A stretch of 32,000 bases of DNA from Candidatus Lokiarchaeum ossiferum (GCA_025839675.1 CP104013.1:2280001-2312000); one strand, 5' to 3'; positions 8,583-17,342 are shown, counted from the stretch's first letter. Program-made: numbers and translations. The notes: generated by a model not told the origin, from the sequence alone.

Positions 8583-9362
8583 ATGCTGATACAATATATC
8601 ATTGGTCCAGCAGGATCTGGTAAAACCACCCTTACTAAAGGTTTAATTGACTATTTGCAGAATTACAATAAAGAAATCTCTGTTATTTCCATGAATCTTG
8701 ATCCAGCGGTTCAAAAGTTACCCTACACCCCAGATATTGACATTCAAGACTATATCACCGTCGATGAAGTGGTTCAAGAAACAGGTTTAGGTCCAAATGG
8801 AGCCATGATTGAAGCAACAGATCGAATGACCAAATATATCGCGGACTTAAAATATGAAATCAACCAGTACAATGACCCTGAAATCATTCTGATTGATACT
8901 CCAGGACAAATGGAATTATTCTCATTTCGAAATACTGGCCCTATGATCGCAAATGCTTTGGGTTTTGGAGAAGCAAAGCGTAATATATTATTTTGTTATG
9001 ATAGTAACCTCTGTCAACGACCAAATGGGTTTATTTCAACCGTTTTACTAGCTGCTTCAGTCCAATATCGGTTTTCCAATTTAAGTCAAATTAATTTACT
9101 CACTAAAAAAGATCTCCTCAGCCAAGAACGCTTAGATATGATTTTAGATTGGACTCAAGACGATTACTCCTTAGCAATGGCAACAGAACAAATGGAGAAA
9201 GGGATGCTTCGTGAATTTTCGTTGGCCATCAACCGAGTATTTCAAGAATTTGAAGTGATTTCCAACATGATCCCAGTCTCCGCTAAATATAATGAGGGAG
9301 TCGATGATGTTTGGGGAGCCATTCAAAAAGCATCCAATGATGATACTTCTCCCTATTATTAA
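8583..9362 (+). CDS. GPN-loop GTPase
   Basis: P-loop GPAGSGKTT, the eponymous GLGPNGA motif, DTPGQMELF and LTKKDL (G4). Confidence 0.9.
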   Translation: MLIQYIIGPAGSGKTTLTKGLIDYLQNYNKEISVISMNLDPAVQKLPYTPDIDIQDYITVDEVVQETGLGPNGAMIEATDRMTKYIADLKYEINQYNDPEIILIDTPGQMELFSFRNTGPMIANALGFGEAKRNILFCYDSNLCQRPNGFISTVLLAASVQYRFSNLSQINLLTKKDLLSQERLDMILDWTQDDYSLAMATEQMEKGMLREFSLAINRVFQEFEVISNMIPVSAKYNEGVDDVWGAIQKASNDDTSPYY

Positions 9363-11452
9363 TTGGATATTTCAAAGGACAAATTGAAATCCTTAGAAAA
9401 GATATTTAAGATTTTTTTTCTAAGATCTCCGAGCCATTTTTCATCAATCAAATTAATATCACCGACATTTTCTATCTCTTCTTGAAAAATGGATTCAAGT
9501 TTCTGACGATCTTGGAAAAATGGTTTTAATTTCTCCGAAAAAATTAATGTAAAGAGAAAATATGCTTTTTTATGCTGTCTTTCTTGTTTTTGGGAAGAAT
9601 CATTTAATGTTATCGCAAAAATTAAGGATCGAAGGTTTCGTTGACCAAAGGGCAAAATCCCAAATAATCCTTGATGGTACGTTTGTCCTTGACCCAATGC
9701 AGATGTATAAAGACTCCCACATAAGATTAAATCTTTAAACCAAAGGGGATCTTCTGGATCAAGATTATTTGCTTTCAATACCATCGGTCCCATCACTTCA
9801 TCAACCTTAAACAAAACCATAAAGGTATCTTGTAAATCTTTGAGCGTTATGCTAGATGAATAATGGGAATCAGTAGTTTTCTTGATCTCATCAACAGCTA
9901 ATGCTAAAAAAAGTTGATCAGATTCATCTTTCAGACTATTTTCTTGAGTATATTGTCCTGAAGTTAATGCTAAAAATTCTTCACTAATTCGTTTTAAATT
10001 TTCAAGTGAACTCTCCGAAGAGATTTTTATTGCTTCAGTGAAATTTTGAATCGCTTGTTCCGTTTGCATATTTATATTGTAGAGTGCACCTTGAATAATT
10101 AATAATGTAACATATTTTGGAACTAATCCTTTTGATTTCGAGAAAAATAACGATTCCTCAATATTTTTAGATGCTTTTTGGAGCAATAATTTTTCCTTTG
10201 TCTTCTTATATTGGATTAAATAATTCTGAGCCAGTAATATTTTGGCATTTAATTGGAGACCGTTATGGTGAGTTTTCTCAGATATCCAAAAGGCTCTATT
10301 TAGAGCTAATTCAGCCTCATAATATTGATGCTTTTCAATATTTATTTTTCCTTTCTCTATCAACACCTGAGCAGCACCAACTTCGGAATTACGCCCCCAC
10401 GCATATTTATCTGCTTCAATCAAATATTCAAATGATTTCTTAGAATCCATTAGACCCTGATATACTTGAGCCAAAGAAATTAGAATATTTATACGCTGCT
10501 CCGTCAATTCTGATTTATCAATAGTATCTAAAGCGAGCTTAAGTTGTTTTTTAGCTTCCTCAAAATTTCCACGTAAGATCCAGAAATTTGCAAATTGAGA
10601 ATATAGATCAATTTTTTGTATTTGATATTTAGTCATAGAAAATGTTTTTTCTAACTTCTCAAAAATTTCATGAGCTTCTGCAAATTTACCTTGCTCCGTC
10701 AAATATCCAGCATAGGTTATTTCAATTGAAACATCATGAATATCATTATCATGAGCAACTTGGATACCTTCTAAGAAATAATCTTTAGCTTGATTATGTT
10801 TTCCGAGTAAAATAAGTGATTCGGCAAGATTATTGGAAACAACAACAATTCCCTTATTGAATTTTAATTTTTTGCAAATATCATAGGCAATTTTAAAATA
10901 TTTTGCAGCTTCTTCTATTTTCCCAAGTGAAACGTAGGACATCGAGATATTATTTGAAATCCGTGCTTTTTCATAATCATATTTATCATAACCTTCGAGA
11001 ATTTTTTGATTATCTAAATAATAAGTTAACGATTTTTCAATAGAACCTTTGTTATAGAAAGCATGCGCCAAAGAATTGTTTGCACGAACTTTTAATAAAA
11101 TTTCGTCTTTATTTGTTAATTTTTCGAGAGCGTCATTGCATAAGTTGATACCCGCATCGTTTTCTCCTTGAAAAATCAATATTATTGCTTTCCCAATTAA
11201 GGCTTCAACTAATTCAAGACGATAATTATGATCTTGACAAATCTGAATACTTTTCTCATATTTTTCAGAAGCGAGTTCACTCAAACCTTTATCCCAATCA
11301 ATTTTTGCTAATCCATTCAAACATCTTGATTTGACCAATTGTGATCCAGTTTTACTTAAAATTTCTTCAAATATTAGTTTAGAATTGTCTGGATCTTCCA
11401 AAATTTTACTTTGAGCGAGTTCGATCTTTGTTTGAGTTTCGAAATCTGTCAC
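9359..11452 (-). CDS. TPR-repeat protein with a distinct C-terminal alpha/beta domain (longin/uDENN-like candidate)
   Basis: About 500 aa of degenerate 34-40 aa helical repeats with A/Y/F..G..eeA patterns (e.g. AHAFYNKGSIEKSLTYY, GKIEEAAKYFKIAYDI, GNFEEAKKQLKLAL). GTG start at 11452, with no in-frame ATG nearby. The C-terminal 160 aa are non-TPR. Confidence 0.85.
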   Translation of the reverse strand: MTDFETQTKIELAQSKILEDPDNSKLIFEEILSKTGSQLVKSRCLNGLAKIDWDKGLSELASEKYEKSIQICQDHNYRLELVEALIGKAIILIFQGENDAGINLCNDALEKLTNKDEILLKVRANNSLAHAFYNKGSIEKSLTYYLDNQKILEGYDKYDYEKARISNNISMSYVSLGKIEEAAKYFKIAYDICKKLKFNKGIVVVSNNLAESLILLGKHNQAKDYFLEGIQVAHDNDIHDVSIEITYAGYLTEQGKFAEAHEIFEKLEKTFSMTKYQIQKIDLYSQFANFWILRGNFEEAKKQLKLALDTIDKSELTEQRINILISLAQVYQGLMDSKKSFEYLIEADKYAWGRNSEVGAAQVLIEKGKINIEKHQYYEAELALNRAFWISEKTHHNGLQLNAKILLAQNYLIQYKKTKEKLLLQKASKNIEESLFFSKSKGLVPKYVTLLIIQGALYNINMQTEQAIQNFTEAIKISSESSLENLKRISEEFLALTSGQYTQENSLKDESDQLFLALAVDEIKKTTDSHYSSSITLKDLQDTFMVLFKVDEVMGPMVLKANNLDPEDPLWFKDLILCGSLYTSALGQGQTYHQGLFGILPFGQRNLRSLIFAITLNDSSQKQERQHKKAYFLFTLIFSEKLKPFFQDRQKLESIFQEEIENVGDINLIDEKWLGDLRKKILNIFSKDFNLSFEISN
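9412..9419 (+). terminator. T8 tract 50 nt past the GPN GTPase stop, embedded in the opposing TPR gene's coding sequence
   Basis: gaTTTTTTTTc on the plus strand. The same bases encode Lys codons (..RKKIL..) of the convergent gene. Confidence 0.35.
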
Positions 11453-11653
11453 ATCAGAAACATGTAGTTTTATTCCTAAATAGTTTATCCTTATAAAGAA
11501 ATTAGTATTTGGATAGACATATAATTAAATATAACTTATTCTTTGATCAGATTAGAAAGATCCGAATTTATCTGGAATTTTTCTTCTGAATGCATGTATT
11601 GGTGTTTGATGCTACAAGTGATGGGTTTTTACATAACAACGGTGAAAAGATGA

Positions 11654-12010
11654 ATGGGTGAAGAACATAGAGATACTCGACAACACGATCGAGATAGAAT
11701 AGCGCACAGACGGGAGGATAATGATTGTAGTGTGTATATAGGAAAGCGTCCGACCATGAACTACGTTATGGCGGCGATGGTAATCTTAAACAAGAACGAA
11801 GATTGTACAATTAAAGCACGCGGCAGAGCAATTTCCCATGCAGTCGATGTGGCAGAAATTCTCATCAATAAATTTTATCCGAGTGCTTTTTATAAAGACA
11901 TAAAGATTTCAACGGAACACTTACAGAATGATGACCATAAAGTTTCTAATGTCAGTTCAATGGAAATTGTTTTAGGACCACGCAAACCACAAGAACCAGA
12001 ACAAAATTAG
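11654..12010 (+). CDS. albA: DNA/RNA-binding protein Alba with charged N-terminal extension
   Basis: VYIGKRPTMNYVMAAMVILNK...IKARGRAISHAVDVAEILINKF matches the Alba core. It is preceded by MGEEHRDTRQHDRDRIAHRREDND. Confidence 0.9.
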   Translation: MGEEHRDTRQHDRDRIAHRREDNDCSVYIGKRPTMNYVMAAMVILNKNEDCTIKARGRAISHAVDVAEILINKFYPSAFYKDIKISTEHLQNDDHKVSNVSSMEIVLGPRKPQEPEQN

Positions 12011-12017
12011 ACAATCC

Positions 12018-12046
12018 TTTTTGAATACCAAAAAAAACTCTTTTTT
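12018..12046 (+). terminator. Oligo-T tracts (T5, T6) downstream of Alba
   Basis: ccTTTTTgaatacc...ctcTTTTTTaaa within 40 nt of the stop. Confidence 0.4.
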
Positions 12047-12107
12047 AAATTCTCTTCTTAAATAACTTTAAAATCCTTCAGTTTAAAAAAAACCTCCTTC
12101 TTTTCTT

Positions 12108-13196
12108 ATGATCACTTTTATTACCACCTTTGAAAATAAAAGATACATGGGCGATTTAGATGAAAAACTCGATCAATATTCCCAATATGAAAATTATGCA
12201 ATCATTTCCTCAAAGAATAATCGCTTAATTACTGATCAAAATAAGGTTTTTATCCCATTCCGAGCAGTCTATGAAATTGAAATGTTAGTTTCACTCTATT
12301 TAATCAATTATTCCTATGATTCAATTGAAAAAGGAGCGTTTTCAATGATGGATGTCAACGAATTAAGCAATCTTTTAGGAATCGCTGAAAAAAGCCTTTA
12401 TCGAAATATTGTTGAAAGATTTTTTGTATCCTTTGAAAAAATTAAGCCCATAAGATTAAATGCACGAGATAACAGCGATCGAAAACGAATGGGAAATGTA
12501 AATGCCTATTCTGAATCTCGAATACCTGCTTTTTTTGCTGTAGATCGGCTGAAGGTCAAATTCCTGATCTTAAAGAAAATTCTCACAAAACTGAAAGAAA
12601 ATGATTTTATTCTTCAAAAAATGACTTTATTGCAAATAGAACCAGATACAACCTTGGAAACTGTGGTATTCGAAGAATATTATAAATACCTAACGGAATA
12701 TTTTAATATTATAACCCCAAAAAAGGAGTTTTCTCATTCCAAACATAACGTTCTATATAGTATTGGCACTGAAAAGCTAGAAGAAATCCGCGGATATCTG
12801 AGTCTTGCCAAAAATTCACCATTAAATTATATTATGAGAAGTTTAAAATCTTCTCTTTTTGTGTGTAATTTAATCTTTACTCAAATGGATGTTCCAGATC
12901 CATTTTACCACACTGATGAAACAATCATCGATATTCGCGAAACCATTGCGGATCCCCAATTAATTCCGAGTTTGGTTCAGGAATTAGATGTCGCCTTAAG
13001 AAATAAAAATATCACAATGGCAGAAGAATTGCATGATAAGTTCGAATTATTAGTTAAACGTATTTTGAAAGCCCTTAGCAATGCAATCACAACTGCATCC
13101 AACGGACAGATTCATTTACGAGTAGAAGAGACTCTATATTCCACAGGAAGTATCTTTGAAAATGAAAAAAAGAGGGAAAAATTGGACAAGAAGTAA
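12108..13196 (+). CDS. Hypothetical protein (362 aa), mostly helical by composition, no recognisable motif
   Basis: Uninterrupted ORF with ATG start in a region with no competing long ORF. C-terminal K/E-rich tail. Confidence 0.55.
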   Translation: MITFITTFENKRYMGDLDEKLDQYSQYENYAIISSKNNRLITDQNKVFIPFRAVYEIEMLVSLYLINYSYDSIEKGAFSMMDVNELSNLLGIAEKSLYRNIVERFFVSFEKIKPIRLNARDNSDRKRMGNVNAYSESRIPAFFAVDRLKVKFLILKKILTKLKENDFILQKMTLLQIEPDTTLETVVFEEYYKYLTEYFNIITPKKEFSHSKHNVLYSIGTEKLEEIRGYLSLAKNSPLNYIMRSLKSSLFVCNLIFTQMDVPDPFYHTDETIIDIRETIADPQLIPSLVQELDVALRNKNITMAEELHDKFELLVKRILKALSNAITTASNGQIHLRVEETLYSTGSIFENEKKREKLDKK

Positions 13197-13661
13197 TTAT
13201 TGCAACTTTTTTCGGTAATTCTTGATAAACCTTTCAGATTCATCAGTTTTTACATTTAATATAAAATATTCTTTCCCCCCTGGAGGATGATATTCAACTT
13301 GACTAAGATCCAATTGATAGAGCACAAAATTAGGATCAGTTGATACCGACCAATAATCTTGGAAAAAAGGAATCTCAATCGAGAGATCTTCTCTTATTGC
13401 GGGGTCGTGAATTTCAAGTGCTTTACCAATAGCACGAATATTGTGAAAACCATCTTCATTTTCGGCAACCAAACTAAATTCTACTTTGTTATTTTTCCGG
13501 AGTTGTTCACATTTTGGCCGACCATTGACACTACAAAACCACAACTGTTCTTGATAAGAAATTAATGAAACCATACGTACATGGGGTTGATCGCCCTCAC
13601 AATTTGCAAGATAAATCAAGGGGAAAGATGTAAAAAAGGGTCTAATATTTGAATAGTTCAT
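13197..13661 (-). CDS. Pyridoxamine 5'-phosphate oxidase-like FMN-binding split-barrel protein
   Basis: IYLANCEGDQPHVRMVSLISYQEQLWFCSVNGRPKCEQLRKNNKVEFSL fits the PNPOx-like/general-stress-26 pattern (LAT..dG.P..R.v......l.F.T...s.K...l..N..v). Confidence 0.7.
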   Translation of the reverse strand: MNYSNIRPFFTSFPLIYLANCEGDQPHVRMVSLISYQEQLWFCSVNGRPKCEQLRKNNKVEFSLVAENEDGFHNIRAIGKALEIHDPAIREDLSIEIPFFQDYWSVSTDPNFVLYQLDLSQVEYHPPGGKEYFILNVKTDESERFIKNYRKKLQ

Positions 13662-13750
13662 AGTCGAATTATAGTGATATTAACTTAAGAAAATTTATAT
13701 AAAAAAGGGACATTTTCAAAATACATATACTTAAAACCAAAATTTCACAC

Positions 13751-14218
13751 TCAATTTAGAGTGTCAGTAGCAAGATCATGCAAAGACTTATGAAAAGATT
13801 TAACATTCAAAAGAAACTCGTCAACACTCCCTTCAAGATTAATTTTTTCTAAAAAGATTTGCTTAAATAAAAGAATTCCTTGCGACAAGAAGTTTTCTCT
13901 CTTAGCTTGAGTCAAGTCATAAAATTCTTGATAATTTTTATAACCCAACTCTTTAAAATATCCCGGATCCCCATTCATTGTTCTAGCCCATTCAAATTGA
14001 TAGCGTCTTCCATCTTTCCAACAAATTGAAAGTAGAGGAGTAGATTCCAAGGAACTATCTTGATATAAATTTAAGTGATCAAAAATACGTTGAAGAATTT
14101 TTAGGTGATAAAGAACCTCATATTGGGTTGAATAGATAGATTGCCATAAATTGAAAGTTTCTTCGATGGTAGGAAAGGTTGAAATATTTCTCGCATGTAG
14201 TAAAGTTTCCAAGGTCAT
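13751..14218 (-). CDS. Hypothetical protein (155 aa)
   Basis: Clean ORF with ATG start. No motif recognised. Confidence 0.5.
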   Translation of the reverse strand: MTLETLLHARNISTFPTIEETFNLWQSIYSTQYEVLYHLKILQRIFDHLNLYQDSSLESTPLLSICWKDGRRYQFEWARTMNGDPGYFKELGYKNYQEFYDLTQAKRENFLSQGILLFKQIFLEKINLEGSVDEFLLNVKSFHKSLHDLATDTLN

Positions 14219-14378
14219 TAAAATTTCACTTCAAATCTATGTAAGAATTCCTATCTATATAAGAAAATTGTCATATTATATGCCCCAAAGGCATTTTTTG
14301 GAATTAATAGGAATAATTGCCCACAGATTATATTCATAATAGGAATAATTTTTTAAAGCTTTTTTCTTTTAGTAAATT

Positions 14379-14927
14379 ATGGAAGTTCCGAAGTTAAGCA
14401 ATGTAAGAATCATACGAGAAAAGCTTAAATGGACCCAAAAGCAACTTGCCGATGCAGTTGGGATTGGACAATCCTATATCGCCAAAATTGAATCAAATAA
14501 ACAGATACCCTCCTATGAAATCGCCTCCTTAATCTTTCATGTTTTAAATGAAGAATTGTTGAAACAAGACAAAAATCCACCTATTATTCGAAATATTGCC
14601 ACTAAAAAAAGTAAGTTACGTTCCTTGCATCCTTTAGATACATTGAGCACAGCGTTTAGACAAATAGGAGATGTAGATCAGCTTCCTGTCATTGAAGACG
14701 ACCGTTGTGTAGGAGTAATCACTTCACAAATATTGCTCCGGATGGAAAATACTAAAAAATCAAAAGACACAATGGTAAAAGAAATCATGGAAGGGCCATT
14801 ACCTGCCTTTTCTGAAACCACCCCCATAAGTCAGATGCGAGATCTCATGCGTCATTTTTCTGCCGCAATGGTTTTAGATATGAATGGAAAAGTTTCAGGT
14901 ATTATTACACGGTCAGATTTCTTCTAA
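14379..14927 (+). CDS. XRE-type HTH plus CBS-pair transcriptional regulator
   Basis: IREKLKWTQKQLADAVGIGQSYIAKIESNKQIPS is a Cro/C1 HTH. Two CBS motifs follow (..LPVIEDDRCVGVITSQILL.. and ..AAMVLDMNGKVSGIITRSDFF). Confidence 0.85.
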   Translation: MEVPKLSNVRIIREKLKWTQKQLADAVGIGQSYIAKIESNKQIPSYEIASLIFHVLNEELLKQDKNPPIIRNIATKKSKLRSLHPLDTLSTAFRQIGDVDQLPVIEDDRCVGVITSQILLRMENTKKSKDTMVKEIMEGPLPAFSETTPISQMRDLMRHFSAAMVLDMNGKVSGIITRSDFF

Positions 14928-16302
14928 ACAACCCTTTTTTTCTCATTACAAAAAGACCGATAGAAAGACAAGCAAATCCTCCAAGAATAATATAGAGAAT
15001 TGGAGATTTCCTTTCAGGTTCTGGATTATCATAATTCGCTAAGAAAAATAATCCCCGATAAATCAATGCAGAATTATCAATAACCTTATCAGCTGCAGGA
15101 TTAAAGAAATCCCAAATACCTGTATCGCTATAAATTCCAGTGCTTTCATTGAAGGAAGAACGGTATGCTGATTCATTTCCATAAGTTTCTAAACAATATG
15201 CTAAACGATTTTCGGAATGTTTCCAATACATCCACGGAGCAAATAAACCTGCAGGATTTCTCATAGCTCCAGAATGAAAACCTAGTTTAATCTCCAAAGA
15301 TCGAGTTACATTAAAGTAATTGGATAGATCAAATTTTTCTTTTCCCTTTTGATTTTTAATGTATGGGTAGTATATCGCTTGAATGCCAGAATGCAGTGAA
15401 ACAGCAGTTTTGAAAGAGTGTTTAGAAATGAAATTCTTTAAATTTTTTGTGCAATCTTCGGAAAAGGCATATTCGCCAGAATAGATAAATGAATTTTGAT
15501 CTTTTGAGGAAAAAGAAAGATCTCCAAAACCGTAATTATAATTTCGATTTGGATCCGTTCCTTTCATCACAATATCACCGACAATGGAGTCATTATTCAT
15601 ATCTATACCTTCATAACCAGTAATTGATCCTTCAATTTGATCAGTCTTTGTATAATAGGCTTCAATATACCCATTATTGTTCAAATCTGTTAATTCAAGG
15701 TTGGAAAATTCGTACACATCTTTTGGTAAATTCATCCCACTGGTTGTTTTCCGTTGCCAAGGATTGATACTTATGAGCATCGCTCCATCAATATTTAATG
15801 ACGGGATTATATAAATCTCTCGGGAACTTAAGGTGTGCAACGCATCAAAATCTTGTTGTTGTGCATCAAAAATCAATCTATCCATGAAATACAGGGCGTT
15901 TTCAACAGTGATTTGTTCCCGAGCATGATGTTGAGCCACGATAAGAATTTCTTCTTTGGAATTTACAGACATCTTATCTGTGAGTTTAATCCCATAGATT
16001 TCATGATTTAGATGAGTTTTACCTATAGTAAATACCTCACAATAGTTTGGAAATGAAGATTCAAGATCCGTTAATTTTTCAATAATTTCTGTATAATTGT
16101 GAAATTTCCCGAAGGAAGGTCCAAATTGGAGAATATCATCCCCAGCAATATCACCCGGAGCATCACTAAATTCATCCCAAATATATTCATAGTCCGCAGC
16201 TTGATGAAGATGAGCCGTTAGAGGAATAGTTGAAAAAGTAGAACTAGATAAGTTTAAAGAAAGAAAACTGGGAGATGATAATGAAATTATCAAAAATGTC
16301 AT
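14905..16302 (-). CDS. M14-family zinc carboxypeptidase, secreted with a C-terminal transmembrane anchor
   Basis: Zinc and catalytic motifs QHHAREQIT (HxxE), DPNRNYNYGFG and SLHSGIQAIYYPY. C-terminal hydrophobic ILYIILGGFACLSIGLFV followed by RKKG. The start is placed at ATG 16302 (MTFLIISLSS..., signal-like). The track's extra 74 codons (to 16524) read like AT-rich non-coding sequence. Confidence 0.85.
   Translation of the reverse strand: MTFLIISLSSPSFLSLNLSSSTFSTIPLTAHLHQAADYEYIWDEFSDAPGDIAGDDILQFGPSFGKFHNYTEIIEKLTDLESSFPNYCEVFTIGKTHLNHEIYGIKLTDKMSVNSKEEILIVAQHHAREQITVENALYFMDRLIFDAQQQDFDALHTLSSREIYIIPSLNIDGAMLISINPWQRKTTSGMNLPKDVYEFSNLELTDLNNNGYIEAYYTKTDQIEGSITGYEGIDMNNDSIVGDIVMKGTDPNRNYNYGFGDLSFSSKDQNSFIYSGEYAFSEDCTKNLKNFISKHSFKTAVSLHSGIQAIYYPYIKNQKGKEKFDLSNYFNVTRSLEIKLGFHSGAMRNPAGLFAPWMYWKHSENRLAYCLETYGNESAYRSSFNESTGIYSDTGIWDFFNPAADKVIDNSALIYRGLFFLANYDNPEPERKSPILYIILGGFACLSIGLFVMRKKGLFRRNLTV
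14935..14941 (+). terminator. T7 tract 8 nt past the HTH-CBS gene stop, embedded in the convergent carboxypeptidase coding sequence
   Basis: cccTTTTTTTc. The same bases encode the MRKKG segment of the opposing gene's C-terminal tail. Confidence 0.4.
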
Positions 16303-16670
16303 GAAGAAGTGATATTTAATGATATGTTGATTCACACTAAATAAATAATCTGGTAATATTAAAGGAACACACCTATATTTGGAAAATTGTTCATGAAAAA
16401 ATGTATAGACATTGGATATATAGCTTCGATTCGAATTGCACATTGTAATTTTTTCATTATTTTGATATAAATATTCCAAACCAATTGCATTAATGATCCC
16501 CAATATTTTTAGAAATAAGAACATCCTTTCAGAGATAGCAAATTAAAAATTCATGCGATTTTTTTTTTATTTATCATTAAATGAATTAGAACCTATCAAT
16601 CCGTTGAAATTATATAGATTATACCATTTAATTTATCTAAGCAATTCAATGTATAATTGATGTGACAGTT

Positions 16671-17324
16671 ATGGGTTTTAAAGATAAGTTAAAAAATTCC
16701 TTTGAATCGGTTTCCGATAAACTTCAAACTATGAGTTCAAGTTTGACAAAAGTTATAAAAAGTGCTAAAGATTCAAGTAAATCTCACGAAAAATTAAGTG
16801 AAGATAAAAAAGAAGAAGCAACAGCACTGAAAATCCTGATGGAAGAATCCTCAGAGAAATTTAAGGAAATTTCCAAACCATTTAATGAGATTTTTGCGAA
16901 CATAGAGGCAAAACGGTTAGAAATGACTCAAGAATTGAATGCTCAATTCATTCAACCATTAGAAGGATTAGTACAAGATTGGTTAGCTTTACAAGATGTT
17001 ATTAAAGAGGAAGAAAAGGCTCAAAAAAACCATCTGAAGGCAAAAAACTCTCTCGAGAAAAAACATCAAAAATTTGAAAAAACACCTGAGAAAATGAAAC
17101 CAGGTGAGATTGATAATGCAGCAACAGAAGTAGCAAATTGTTTTGATCAATTAAAAATAAAACAAGAAGAAAAAGAAAAAGTGGCTGCAGAATACGAAAA
17201 GAAGAAAAGTACGATTTTATCGCAAGCTCTATCAGATTCCATAAAAATTCAAGGCAAATTCCATCAAAATGTTGTAGATAACCTTGTTGATGCAAATGAA
17301 ATTTTGGAAACCTTAAATTCTTAG
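16671..17324 (+). CDS. All-helical K/E-rich coiled-coil protein (about 217 aa), BAR-domain-like candidate
   Basis: ORF with ATG at 16671 (track starts at GTG 16662). Heptad-like charged helices throughout. Amphipathic N-terminus MGFKDKLKNSFESVSDKL. See findings for the BAR-like layout. Confidence 0.6.
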   Translation: MGFKDKLKNSFESVSDKLQTMSSSLTKVIKSAKDSSKSHEKLSEDKKEEATALKILMEESSEKFKEISKPFNEIFANIEAKRLEMTQELNAQFIQPLEGLVQDWLALQDVIKEEEKAQKNHLKAKNSLEKKHQKFEKTPEKMKPGEIDNAATEVANCFDQLKIKQEEKEKVAAEYEKKKSTILSQALSDSIKIQGKFHQNVVDNLVDANEILETLNS

Positions 17325-17342
17325 AAAATAATTTTTAAAATC

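Noticed and set aside
10171-10443. 90-aa ORF antisense to the TPR gene
   Set aside because: Lies entirely inside a well-supported longer gene on the opposite strand. Low-complexity AT-rich translation with no motif.
13359-13565. 68-aa ORF antisense to the PNPOx-like gene
   Set aside because: Shadow ORF within a gene that has a family-typical sequence.
14151-14339. 62-aa ORF overlapping the 5' end of the 13751..14218 gene and the divergent spacer
   Set aside because: Short, I/K/Y-rich translation typical of AT-rich non-coding sequence. It would occupy the promoter region of the HTH-CBS gene.
16303-16524. 74-codon N-terminal extension of the carboxypeptidase ORF in the track
   Set aside because: The translation (MFLFLKILGIINAIGLEYLYQNN...) looks like AT-rich spacer. 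A signal-peptide-like start exists at ATG 16302 just before the mature domain. Not certain, so the longer form remains possible.
17002-17295. 97-aa ORF antisense to the coiled-coil gene
   Set aside because: The antisense of a K/E-rich (AAR/GAR) gene gives L/F-rich open frames by default.
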